Source: an uncultured Fibrobacterales bacterium (lineage in GTDB: Bacteria > Fibrobacterota > Fibrobacteria > Fibrobacterales > CAWVXU01). From it: 41,072 bases of DNA. Within the stretch, counting starts at the first letter, position 1; each line of letters starts with the position of its first letter. The notes under the pieces were generated by a model. It searched no databases, was not told where the DNA came from, and was given only the letters and a program-made list of their open reading frames with translations. Below, one piece after another: positions 13,272-22,707 of this stretch. Location: NCBI GenBank assembly GCA_963934255.1, contig CAWVXU010000015.1:1-41072 (forward strand), read 5' to 3'. The translations under genes were made by a program, and so were the position numbers.

Positions 13272-15494
13272 ATGAAACACGAAAACAAACCATCAAGAAA
13301 TTATATGAATTTGAAACAACTATTTTCTCTAAGTTTTCTTGCTGCATTAAGTTTGATTTCTGTTTCTCCAGCTCAAGTAGATCTCAATCTAGAAGAGTTA
13401 ATGTCTCTTAGTACCTCAGTTGCTGATAAAATTGACCAGCCTATCTTGGATGCACCTGGATTTATTTCAGTTTATAGTCAAGATCATATTCAAAAGTATG
13501 GCACCTATAGTATAGAGCAATTAGTAGCGATGACTACCGGATATAGTGTCGTTCACAATTTCGGTGAACCAGGTCTTATGACTCGCGGAGTCACTTCAGG
13601 AGGATGGAACAATAATTCACACCTTATGTTGATTGATGGTATCCCGTTTAGAATGACTCGCTCAAACAAAGCTTATATCAATCACGCCATACCATTACAC
13701 TTCGCCCAACAAGTTGAGATTCTTCGTGGATCAGCCTCTGCTCTCTATGGTGTAGGCGCCTATGCTGGTGTTATACAAATATCTCCCATTACCCCCGCCA
13801 TTGGTGAAAGCGAACAATTTATTCGTGGTGGGTATCAATCAGATTTTAAATCAAAATTCATTCAAGCATATTCTTCAAATTCTGGTGAATACGGCACAAC
13901 TACACTAGCTTATGGGGCCTATTCTAATAACGGGATACTAACTGACCTAAGAGCGCCAGTCAAAACCTCAGGATTAAATTTTGAAAGAAAGTATCTGAAT
14001 CAAGAAAACTCAAAATTCTTTTATACGAGTCATGACTTTAATGAAGGATGGCTTGAGAGCCTTAAAGCCGGGTTAATTTACGCTCAATCTGAAGGTGGGA
14101 TTGGTGAATTTTGGGGGGAGGCAAACTATCAACCAAATTCAGTTCTCTGGGAGACTTATAGTCCTTATTTAAAATACTCCCTTGAGCTACCCAATAGATT
14201 GACAAATTATTCATATGTGGCATTTAATAGGAGTCAAGAAACTGGTACATTTATTGGCACATCCTTTGATGAGACTCAAGGTGAAATTATTGGGAACTCG
14301 TATAGTAACTATAGTGAACCGGTTGAAGCTTGGGATCTTTCAAATGAGCTTCACCTCGACATAAATGATCATTCTAAACTCATAGCTGGTGTAAATTATT
14401 ATCAAGTACAAGCCATGGGCCACGAAGGCGGTGCAGAAGGTTGGCAGTTGGATTCTGTTTTAATTAAAAATAAAGCTTTATATAAGCCAAGTGAAATTTC
14501 TAAAACAATTTCAGGCTACCTGCAAGCCACAAGCCGAATCAACTTCTTAGATGGACTCCTTCTCACTGCCGGCGCAAGATTAGACAACGGTATGTATGCA
14601 GATAGAAATTACCAACAACTGAGTCCAAGAGTGAGTTTAGTTCAAAAAATCACTCCTCATTTAAACTTTAAGGCACTTTATAGCACCGCTTTGAAAGCAC
14701 CCGGGGTTAAGGAAATTCGTTTAAATGAAGAAGCAGTCGTTGCGTTAGAATCACACAAAGATATGATTGATGCTAGACCAGGCTATGATCCAAAAGTTGA
14801 AGATATTGGTGCGGAAACTATTGAAACATCCGAAATTGGCCTAGCGATGAATGGCTCTTTAATTGAAGTTTCTGCGAACTTATTTATTAATAGTACGCAA
14901 AACCCTCATATTGGATATAACATCCACGAGAACCAACCTGACCAGAATGAGTTAGCTATTTTAGAGCAAAATGACCCAGCCAACGATACTCTCTATTTGA
15001 CATTAGACAACATTAATGCCAACAAGAATGGAAATGGTCAGTATCGCACAAATGGGTTAGAGATTGAATCGGTAATAAAACTAAATTCACTGAGAATCTT
15101 CACAAATTATACAATGACACAAATCAATCAATCATCGACATATTCTAGTAATAACGTTCCCAGTCATCAAGTTAAGGCTGGTGCCACGCACACAGTTAAT
15201 AGTAGGTATCCAACTCAAATTTCAACTTGGGGGAATTATACTCATAGTTTACAATCAATGCATGATGGAAGTAGAAAAATTTCAGAGTCTTATTCTTTTA
15301 GTGAATTGAATATGAACATACGTCAAAGTATTTACCCTACAACTTGGGTTGAACTAAAAGTCACAAATATCCTTGATGAACAATCTCCAGCGCCGACCTA
15401 TAACGATGACGAAGAAGTAAGAGCCTATGAAGGTGGGTTAGACATTCCCCGCGCTAGTCGTAAATTTTCATTGGCAATCACTTCCAATTTTTAG
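13272..15494 (+). CDS. TonB-dependent receptor
   Basis: Signal peptide, LNLEELMSL, plug motifs LMLIDG and QVEILRGSASALYGVGAYAGVIQI, barrel motifs LTAGARLD, SPRVSL and NILDE, and a terminal Phe. Start placed at the ATG at 13272 after AGGTG. Confidence 0.93.
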   Translation: MKHENKPSRNYMNLKQLFSLSFLAALSLISVSPAQVDLNLEELMSLSTSVADKIDQPILDAPGFISVYSQDHIQKYGTYSIEQLVAMTTGYSVVHNFGEPGLMTRGVTSGGWNNNSHLMLIDGIPFRMTRSNKAYINHAIPLHFAQQVEILRGSASALYGVGAYAGVIQISPITPAIGESEQFIRGGYQSDFKSKFIQAYSSNSGEYGTTTLAYGAYSNNGILTDLRAPVKTSGLNFERKYLNQENSKFFYTSHDFNEGWLESLKAGLIYAQSEGGIGEFWGEANYQPNSVLWETYSPYLKYSLELPNRLTNYSYVAFNRSQETGTFIGTSFDETQGEIIGNSYSNYSEPVEAWDLSNELHLDINDHSKLIAGVNYYQVQAMGHEGGAEGWQLDSVLIKNKALYKPSEISKTISGYLQATSRINFLDGLLLTAGARLDNGMYADRNYQQLSPRVSLVQKITPHLNFKALYSTALKAPGVKEIRLNEEAVVALESHKDMIDARPGYDPKVEDIGAETIETSEIGLAMNGSLIEVSANLFINSTQNPHIGYNIHENQPDQNELAILEQNDPANDTLYLTLDNINANKNGNGQYRTNGLEIESVIKLNSLRIFTNYTMTQINQSSTYSSNNVPSHQVKAGATHTVNSRYPTQISTWGNYTHSLQSMHDGSRKISESYSFSELNMNIRQSIYPTTWVELKVTNILDEQSPAPTYNDDEEVRAYEGGLDIPRASRKFSLAITSNF

Positions 15495-15559
15495 ACAAAA
15501 TGCTAGGTTCAATTTAGCATCCAAAATGAGAAGTTTCCCTAACCGCTTGAATACTTGAA

Positions 15560-15930
15560 CCACTTAGTAGATCCTAAAAGGAGAAACAAGTGATTGATGG
15601 ATTAGTTACGCCAACACTTTATCTGTGGCCTAAGTATGAATTGAATGATACATGTTATAGGAGCTTCAAAGTCAATCGTATATTATAAAACTCTTGCGTA
15701 TGCAAAGCGAGTCAGAACTCTGAATAAACAACTTCGGAGGCCAACTACAGTCTATAACTGATAACGGTCCAGAATTTATTGAAAAAGAGTTGAATAGAAA
15801 TCTGAAAAACGAGAATATTGATAGTTGCTCTACTCCCACATATTCACCGCAATCAAATGGAATGGTTGAGGTATTTAATGGAACTTTTAATCGTGACTAT
15901 GTTTATCAAAGCTGCCTTGATAGTGTGCTA
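15560..15930 (+). mobile_element. IS3-family transposase remnant (internally deleted, pseudogenised)
   Basis: From 15754 it reads ITDNGPEF...STPTYSPQSNGMVEVFNGTFNRDYVY, the second D and the E region of the DDE/rve core. An upstream out-of-frame piece IGASKSIVYYK resembles the OrfB start. Ends are approximate and no terminal inverted repeats were identified. Confidence 0.8.
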
Positions 15931-16789
15931 ATTCAGCCCAAACACCTGGGTGATCCGAAGGACTTGCTCCAAAAGTATCCCCTGTGACAGTAATCCAACC
16001 TTTTTGAAATAAACAGTCAATGCCGCCATTGTGGATGAGGCTCAAGCCCGTTAGATTTGCCATGTTATTGGGGTCAGTGGAAATACAACCTGTATTAAAA
16101 TCACCAACTAATATTGTAGGAAGGTCAAATAAGTTGATTTCGGCAGCAGTTTCAATTGCTGAAGCCGCACGTGCTGAAACACTCTCGTGATCCCAGTGCA
16201 CTGTCAGAAATAAGTACTCTTTACCCTCTTTAGTGATGACCGCCGATTCACCGGTACGAGTGGCATTGGGTCCATCCGTCAGATCGAAGCGTCTGTTACT
16301 CACAAAACTATTTCCTTTGCAGGTGTTTACATAAATTTGATATTGTTGCTCCCAGCAAGGCCCTAATGCATCGGCTAATGAATTTGCTGCCCAATAATCT
16401 GTTGGCATTCTAGTACCGATTTTCCAATCATTAACACCTTCTTGGATTCCGACTACATCCGCATCTAAACCGTTTAAATAACCGGCGTATGTTCCTGCGG
16501 CACCAGGCATACTCGCGTGAGCGTAGATATTGAGCGATATCGCTTTAATGTTGGGCAGCCCAGACACAGTTGCTGTGACTTGTGTTGAAGATGAAACTAC
16601 AATTGATGAACTAGAAATTGACGATTCGACACTTGATAATATGTCGACTGATGAAATGGTGTCATTACCTGTTGATTCCGAAGGGGAGTCTTCTAAAGAT
16701 CTACTCTCAGGGGTTAATGCTACTTCGCTGCAGCTGGCAGTAAAAAGAAATAAACTCAAACAGATTGATAAAAGTAGAACTATTTTCAC
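15887..16789 (-). CDS. Endonuclease/exonuclease/phosphatase (EEP) family lipoprotein
   Basis: SLNI, DVVGIQE, VHWDH, LVGDFN, GIDCLF and SDHPGV motifs. GTG start at 16789 with a GAGG RBS, lipobox TASC and a Ser-rich linker. Confidence 0.85.
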   Translation of the reverse strand: MKIVLLLSICLSLFLFTASCSEVALTPESRSLEDSPSESTGNDTISSVDILSSVESSISSSSIVVSSSTQVTATVSGLPNIKAISLNIYAHASMPGAAGTYAGYLNGLDADVVGIQEGVNDWKIGTRMPTDYWAANSLADALGPCWEQQYQIYVNTCKGNSFVSNRRFDLTDGPNATRTGESAVITKEGKEYLFLTVHWDHESVSARAASAIETAAEINLFDLPTILVGDFNTGCISTDPNNMANLTGLSLIHNGGIDCLFQKGWITVTGDTFGASPSDHPGVWAELAHYQGSFDKHSHD

Positions 16790-16964
16790 AAATGTACCTC
16801 TTATAATGTATCCTATTAATATACAGTTAATTCTCCAATTGTCGATTAAATGAAGGTATTTCACCACCGAAGTATCACGTTTTCACTCAAATTAGCCTGA
16901 ATTAGCAAGTATTCTTATGTGACATTGGTTATATTTGAGCCAACGTGAGAAATTTGAGGATATT

Positions 16965-19058
16965 ATGAAAACATACGAGATTCCTAAGCAAATTACAGAA
17001 GAGATTTCTGAATACATTTCTACAGTAAAAGAATTTAGATTGGGCGAGATTAACCCAGTCCAATTCAAGGGTATTCGTGTCGGTCATGGAGTATATGAAC
17101 AACGTAAAGATGATACTTATATGCTTCGTCTACGCTGTGCAGGTGGAGTTGTTACTCCAGCTCAATTAAAGGCTGTTGCTGAAGTTTCTGAGAAATATGG
17201 AACCGATCATTTTCATGTCACAACTCGCCAAGATCTACAACTCCATTATGTATCACTAGAAGATACGCCCAAGGCATACGACGAACTTGTCAAAGCAGGC
17301 ATCTCACCTCGTGGTGGTGGTGGTAATACGATTCGTAATATTATGGCTTCAATTGATTCAGGGATTTCAACTGATGAAGCGTTTGATGTTCTGCCCTACG
17401 CAACTTCATTGACTACTCGTATGATAGCCGAAGAAGACTCTTGGAATTTACCTCGTAAATTTAAAACAGCATTTTCAAACTCTGCAGCTGATAATTGTGA
17501 AGCCACTATCACGTGTCTTGGTTTTATTGCTAAGGTCCAAGGTGGTGTTGAAGGCTTCCAAGTATGGGTCGGCGGTGGAATGGGTGCCAAGCCTATACCT
17601 GGTAAGATGTTGTATGATTTCATCAAAGCAGATGAGGTTTATGGCATGACTAAAGCGATTAAAATCATGTTTGACAAAAACGGCAACCGTCGCAAACGAT
17701 TCCAATCCAAACTCAAATTTCTTGTGGACAAAATTGGCATCGAAGAGTTTCGTGCTAAAGTCGATGAAGAATGGGTAGAAGTTCGTAAAGAAAATTACGC
17801 ACCACTTGAGCTTGAATCTTATACTCCAAAATATTTAGCTGATATTAAAGATGGATACGAAGCGATTGAAGTAAGCTCTGCTGAATACACTGAGTGGAAA
17901 ACTCGCTACGCGACTCCTCAAAAGCAAGAGGGACTTTATTCAATTAAAGTTCCATTGAACCTGGGTGATATTTATAATATCGATGGGGTTAAATTAGCTG
18001 AACTACTTTCCAATTTTGGTGAGAACTGTATTCGACTCGCTTTTAATCAAAATCTACATATCATTAATATCCCTGAATCATACTTGGGCAATATTTTTAG
18101 TGGTCTAAGTGAGTTGAATACTTTGAGCACTCAGCCAATATTAATTTCAAATATGATTGCTTGTACCGGAGCTGCAACATGTCGCTTAGGACTTTGTCTA
18201 CCTCGTGGTGTTTTACCTGAGACTGCAGAGCGCCTTGTTAAGACTGATTTGGACTTGGATTCAATTCCTGAATTTAAAATTCACGTTTCTGGGTGCCCAA
18301 ATACTTGTGGTAGACATCATTCTGCTGATTTAGGCTTTTTTGGTAAAGTGGGTCGCAAAGATAAAGTAAACTATCCTGCTTATAATGTCTTAGCTGGAGC
18401 TGTGATTGGTGCTGATGCTAATTTTGCTCAAAAGGTGGGCGAAGTGCCTGCAAAAGATGTTCCGGCATTTATAGAAGATCTTCTGGCATACTGGATTCCT
18501 AATCAAGACAATTTTGAGAATTTTAAAGCCTTTGTTGATGGTGAAGGTAAAGCGTTAATGGCTGAACTTTGTGCTAAATACAAAGATGTTGTGCCTTCGA
18601 TTGATGAAAACAAAGACTACTTCTATGATTGGGGCGCTAAGAACCAATTTGACATCCTTCATGGACAAAAAGCAGAGTGTTCTGCGGGTGTTTTTGATAT
18701 GATTGAAGTAGACCTTAAGGACATCAAGACGACCACTAAAGACTATGCTGAAATTGAATCAGAGGCGGACAAGAAAGAATCACTTTTCCATATCGTTCTG
18801 ACTTCAGCTCGCATGTTGCTTGTGACTCGTGATATTGTGATTAAATCTGATGAGCAGGCATTTACAATGTTTGACACTCATTTCATCGAAACTTCAATTG
18901 TGGATGCTAAATTCAAAGATCTCATTGAAAAAGCGAAGAATGGAGATAAAGATTTCCTTTTAAAATCAGAAGCTTTGGTGATTGAACTTGGTGAGTCTAT
19001 GGCTACTGTTTATAAGTCTATGGATGATTCACTTCGCTTCCTTCAGTTAGAAGCTTAG
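16965..19058 (+). CDS. Siroheme/4Fe-4S sulfite or nitrite reductase with C-terminal HEPN-like extension
   Basis: GVYEQR, YMLRLR, TTRQDLQ, LPRKFK, ACTGAATCRLG and SGCPNTCGRH (four cluster cysteines). ATG at 16965 after GAGGA. Confidence 0.9.
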   Translation: MKTYEIPKQITEEISEYISTVKEFRLGEINPVQFKGIRVGHGVYEQRKDDTYMLRLRCAGGVVTPAQLKAVAEVSEKYGTDHFHVTTRQDLQLHYVSLEDTPKAYDELVKAGISPRGGGGNTIRNIMASIDSGISTDEAFDVLPYATSLTTRMIAEEDSWNLPRKFKTAFSNSAADNCEATITCLGFIAKVQGGVEGFQVWVGGGMGAKPIPGKMLYDFIKADEVYGMTKAIKIMFDKNGNRRKRFQSKLKFLVDKIGIEEFRAKVDEEWVEVRKENYAPLELESYTPKYLADIKDGYEAIEVSSAEYTEWKTRYATPQKQEGLYSIKVPLNLGDIYNIDGVKLAELLSNFGENCIRLAFNQNLHIINIPESYLGNIFSGLSELNTLSTQPILISNMIACTGAATCRLGLCLPRGVLPETAERLVKTDLDLDSIPEFKIHVSGCPNTCGRHHSADLGFFGKVGRKDKVNYPAYNVLAGAVIGADANFAQKVGEVPAKDVPAFIEDLLAYWIPNQDNFENFKAFVDGEGKALMAELCAKYKDVVPSIDENKDYFYDWGAKNQFDILHGQKAECSAGVFDMIEVDLKDIKTTTKDYAEIESEADKKESLFHIVLTSARMLLVTRDIVIKSDEQAFTMFDTHFIETSIVDAKFKDLIEKAKNGDKDFLLKSEALVIELGESMATVYKSMDDSLRFLQLEA

Positions 19059-19086
19059 TCTATTAAAAAAAGGCAACATTTTATTC

Positions 19087-19115
19087 TTGAATTATCATCC
19101 TAGGAATGATATAAT
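19087..19115 (+). promoter_or_regulatory. Sigma70-type promoter with extended -10
   Basis: TTGAAT (19087-19092), a 17-nt spacer and TATAAT (19110-19115) preceded by TGn. An AGGAG RBS and TTG start follow. Confidence 0.7.
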
Positions 19116-19134
19116 AGAAGAATAGGAGTGTCAT

Positions 19135-20004
19135 TTGGTTAATTTTAAAGATATTCAAAGTGTTGTTTTATGCTATAATCTTGATGATTGTGTCCTTTCT
19201 GGTTTGATGAATCAGTCGGCTTTATCATCGTGTAAGATTATATCTACTGATGATTTAACAGAGTTTAAAGCTCATGTAGCTGTTGCGACACATATTGTGG
19301 GCATGGTGGTCAAATGGAATTCACATTGCCAGGATGAAGTTAATTATTTTATAAAACACCAAGAACTATTAATCACTCTTGGATTTAATCCATTGGCCGC
19401 TGATGATTTTAAAGTCAGAGCTCGACTGACTCAATCATCGAGTATAGTGGCAATTTCTACTACTTTAAATGAGCTTATTCATGACCAAAAGCATCCAGAC
19501 CTTGGTGCCTGGCTGGTCAAATGTGCAAACTTTCTCATGCCTTTTCAAGTTGAAGGAGAGACATTGAAATTTGTTCAAGCTACAGAAGAAGTGCTAGGTC
19601 ATGATTACATCTATTACACTAATTTGCAAATAGATCCCTATATAGTTAGAATTGAGTTGCAAGTGGATCTAGAGAAATGTTCAAAAACATTACTTGAAAC
19701 ACTTAGGCTTGATGAACGACTTATACATGACTTCCTTAAGGAAATGGTGAATCAATACGCTGGCATTACTACTCGCCCATTCTTGAATAATTTCATGGAG
19801 CCGATTCTAGAAGTCCCACTTGAGGCTAGATCGAGTGACATTAAAGAACGGTTTTCTGATGTGTGTTTACCATTTTCTGTGGTAAACGACCAGTTTGATA
19901 TGTTTCAGTTTAAAGTTGCATTTATCCATGCCAAAGGTGGCTCTGCATTTAGGGTTCCAATGGATCCAACATGGGATCCGATTCAAACTCTAGAGTTTTT
20001 ATAA
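19135..20004 (+). CDS. Hypothetical protein, possibly degenerate receiver plus CheX/CheC-like phosphatase domain
   Basis: 289-aa ORF with promoter and RBS. DFLKEMVNQYAG resembles the CheC/CheX E-x2-N helix. Confidence 0.55.
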   Translation: MVNFKDIQSVVLCYNLDDCVLSGLMNQSALSSCKIISTDDLTEFKAHVAVATHIVGMVVKWNSHCQDEVNYFIKHQELLITLGFNPLAADDFKVRARLTQSSSIVAISTTLNELIHDQKHPDLGAWLVKCANFLMPFQVEGETLKFVQATEEVLGHDYIYYTNLQIDPYIVRIELQVDLEKCSKTLLETLRLDERLIHDFLKEMVNQYAGITTRPFLNNFMEPILEVPLEARSSDIKERFSDVCLPFSVVNDQFDMFQFKVAFIHAKGGSAFRVPMDPTWDPIQTLEFL

Positions 20005-20098
20005 GCTAATTCATCAATCACTTGGTTCCCCTTTTAGGAGCTACTAAGTGGTCCAAGTATTTAAGCGCTTAGGAACAGTAAAATTCACAGATAAAACT

Positions 20099-20860
20099 CT
20101 AAATATCAATATAAATCGGGCAGTGGTCACTCCCAAATACATCATCCCAAATCTCTGCTGCTTTGAGCTTTACTTCAAGGTCAATTGAGATAAAGAAGTA
20201 ATCAATTCGCCAACCGACATTTCTACCTCGAGCACCACCTCGATTTGACCACCAGCTATATTTGTCTATTGTTTTAGGATGAAGGCTCCGATAGGTGTCC
20301 ACATACCCTGCTTCAACATATTGGTCCATCCATTCGCATTCCATCGGTAAAAAGCCCGACTTTTTACGATTAACTTTTGGGCGAGCAATATCAATTTCTT
20401 TGTGACATGTGTTAAAATCACCACAAGCAATCACTTCCTTCCCCATTTGACGCCAGTTTTCACAGAATTTGAGAAATTCATCGTAAAAACGCATTTTGTA
20501 TTTAAGGCGCTCATCATTTGAGCCCCCATTAGGGTAATATCCATTGATCAAAACATAATCATCAAACTCTAAAGTTAAAATTCGACCTTCTTTATCAAAT
20601 TCCGGTATTCCCATTCCAAAATGAACTTCATTTGGCTTGATTTTGGACCAAGTACTCACACCTGAATACCCTTTTTTCTCTGCTGGACACCAAAAGCAAT
20701 GATATTCTTTATGATGCCAAATTTCGGGTGGAACTTGCTCTTCTAAAGCACGTGTCTCTTGCAAACAAAGTACATCAAAGTCACGCTCATTTAAAAACTC
20801 TTCAAAGCCCTTTTTGAGAACAGAACGGATTCCGTTTATATTCCAACTTACAACTTTCAT
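20099..20860 (-). CDS. xth: Exodeoxyribonuclease III
   Basis: SWNINGIR, LCLQET, GYSGV, EGR, CGDFN, GWRIDYF and GSDHCP. Confidence 0.96.
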   Translation of the reverse strand: MKVVSWNINGIRSVLKKGFEEFLNERDFDVLCLQETRALEEQVPPEIWHHKEYHCFWCPAEKKGYSGVSTWSKIKPNEVHFGMGIPEFDKEGRILTLEFDDYVLINGYYPNGGSNDERLKYKMRFYDEFLKFCENWRQMGKEVIACGDFNTCHKEIDIARPKVNRKKSGFLPMECEWMDQYVEAGYVDTYRSLHPKTIDKYSWWSNRGGARGRNVGWRIDYFFISIDLEVKLKAAEIWDDVFGSDHCPIYIDI

Positions 20861-20920
20861 TAGGTACAATCCTTGTTTGATAAAGTATATTTCCAATAGA
20901 CATAAATCAGTGAGGTTTCA

Positions 20921-21484
20921 GTGAAAATTTATCAAATTCTCGGTAGCTTTTTAGCATTATTAATTTTAAGTGGATGCGGTGGCACATCAAAACCCTCATC
21001 TCAATTCAAAGAACTTCCTGAAATCTGTCGTGGCTATGATTTCGCTAACGATCCAGAGATGGCTGATGCCTGTGGTATTCGCCAAACCCGATACAAATCT
21101 TACAAAAATTTACCCTTACAACGTTTTTTAATCTATCCAAAAGATGCATATATTGTCCTTACTAAAACCGGTGTTGAACTTCGATTGGCCAACACTCACC
21201 CGGTAGACTTAGATGGCGATCTCGATTTAGTCATTGACTTTTCCAAAGAAGCAACTCTTACTAAATTAAAAAACAAATACATCTATAAAGAACTCTACCC
21301 TAAAAATGAGCCACGTATGCGCATTTTTAAAATGGAGATACCCACGAGTAAAGGTGAAAGAAACTTTTGTTTTCAGCTACCACAAATTTCTAGTGTAGAT
21401 AAAAGAAGCAGGCTTCGAATGGGCAATACCATTACTCATCTTGAATGTAATGAATTTGACAATCTAGTCTCTCTTCACAAATAA
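20921..21484 (+). CDS. Hypothetical lipoprotein
   Basis: GTG start after GAGG, lipobox LSGC and four additional Cys. Confidence 0.75.
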   Translation: MKIYQILGSFLALLILSGCGGTSKPSSQFKELPEICRGYDFANDPEMADACGIRQTRYKSYKNLPLQRFLIYPKDAYIVLTKTGVELRLANTHPVDLDGDLDLVIDFSKEATLTKLKNKYIYKELYPKNEPRMRIFKMEIPTSKGERNFCFQLPQISSVDKRSRLRMGNTITHLECNEFDNLVSLHK

Positions 21485-21496
21485 TTATTTTTTATT

Positions 21497-21533
21497 CAAA
21501 ACGAGCTAATTATATACTAACTCGTTTTGTTTT
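21497..21533 (+). terminator. Probable terminator hairpin
   Basis: CAAAACGAG...CTCGTTTTG, a 9-bp inverted repeat followed by Ts, just after the lipoprotein stop. Confidence 0.55.
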
Positions 21534-21557
21534 AGTATTCAGCACTCGGAGCTCACC

Positions 21558-22679
21558 TTGCAGTTAAAAAGATTACCATTTATTCCAAATTCTCAACTCC
21601 TACCTTTTCAGGCTTTTGATGATTTAGTCGTGAACTACTCACAGAATTTTGATTTTAACAGTAAAGATCTCATCATTGTTATTGATGATCATTTTGGAGC
21701 TATAAGCTGTAATATCAGCGATCAAAATCCTGATAATCAAATCTTTTGCCTCAATGATTCGAAATCATCTCAAAGTGCTATCAAAAAAAACATGCACGCC
21801 AATGAATTGAAACTACCACAATTTTTTCATTCATGGGATAAAATGAATGCACAGATTGACTCTGGAACATACCAAAAAATATTCGTATTTATGCCTTGGG
21901 CCAAAACTTTGCATCACTGGAAATATCATATCCAAAAATTGTCATCACTAGGTAAATCGCACAAAAATGGAACTCTTCATTTTGTATCAGGGGGGATGAT
22001 CAAATATTATACCCATCAATACAGAGATATTGTTCAAGCTGCATTTGGCAATTCAGACCTAAGTCGCATCACCAAAAAGGCACGACTCCTGACAGCGAAT
22101 TGGAATTCTACTTCTATTGAAACAATAGATGAAATTAAATCACAGTTCAATGAAGGGAAAATTGATCACGCTAGTCAAATTCTAATTAAATGTTTAGCCC
22201 TCCCTGAAATACATCAAATTGTTACAGAACTAAGAGACACTCAAACTGTACTTGATTTAGGTGCAGGCTCAGGGCCACTAGCCGATGCTATTTTGAGTCA
22301 TACTGCTGCGAAATTTCACTTGACAGATGATAGTTTCAATTCCATCGAAATTATGGATAAAAAGTATGCCACTGAAGTTTCAAGTGGTAAGCTTAAGATT
22401 TACCATGCCGATACTTTCCATCATGATCATCTTAAGGAAAAAAAGTTTAGCCTGATTATCTCAAACCCACCTTACCATCAATACTTTACATTAGTACCAG
22501 AGCTGTTATATCTTTTCATTCATGAAGCTATTGATCACCTTGAAGCCAATGGAACATTTATTTGGGTCACTTCAACTCAATTTAGTCCACCGCGTAAAAT
22601 GGTAGGAAAATATTTGGAAGAACTAGGCAGCTTTGATGGCCACACTGTTTGGAAATACCGAAAAACTCTTTGGGGTTAA
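21558..22679 (+). CDS. RsmC/RlmG-like SAM-dependent (rRNA guanine-N2) methyltransferase
   Basis: VLDLGAGSG and ISNPPYH. The degenerate N-terminal domain has IDDHFGAISC and KKARL, as in RlmG. Confidence 0.78.
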   Translation: MQLKRLPFIPNSQLLPFQAFDDLVVNYSQNFDFNSKDLIIVIDDHFGAISCNISDQNPDNQIFCLNDSKSSQSAIKKNMHANELKLPQFFHSWDKMNAQIDSGTYQKIFVFMPWAKTLHHWKYHIQKLSSLGKSHKNGTLHFVSGGMIKYYTHQYRDIVQAAFGNSDLSRITKKARLLTANWNSTSIETIDEIKSQFNEGKIDHASQILIKCLALPEIHQIVTELRDTQTVLDLGAGSGPLADAILSHTAAKFHLTDDSFNSIEIMDKKYATEVSSGKLKIYHADTFHHDHLKEKKFSLIISNPPYHQYFTLVPELLYLFIHEAIDHLEANGTFIWVTSTQFSPPRKMVGKYLEELGSFDGHTVWKYRKTLWG

Positions 22680-22707
22680 ATATAAGTGTAACTTCATTAT
22701 AAAAAGA

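Noticed and set aside
15790..15987. 65-aa ORF as an independent gene
   Set aside because: It is a fragment of the IS3 transposase core running into the antisense strand of the EEP gene.
16530..16853. 107-aa acidic ORF on the + strand
   Set aside because: It is the antisense mirror of the Ser-rich linker of the EEP lipoprotein.
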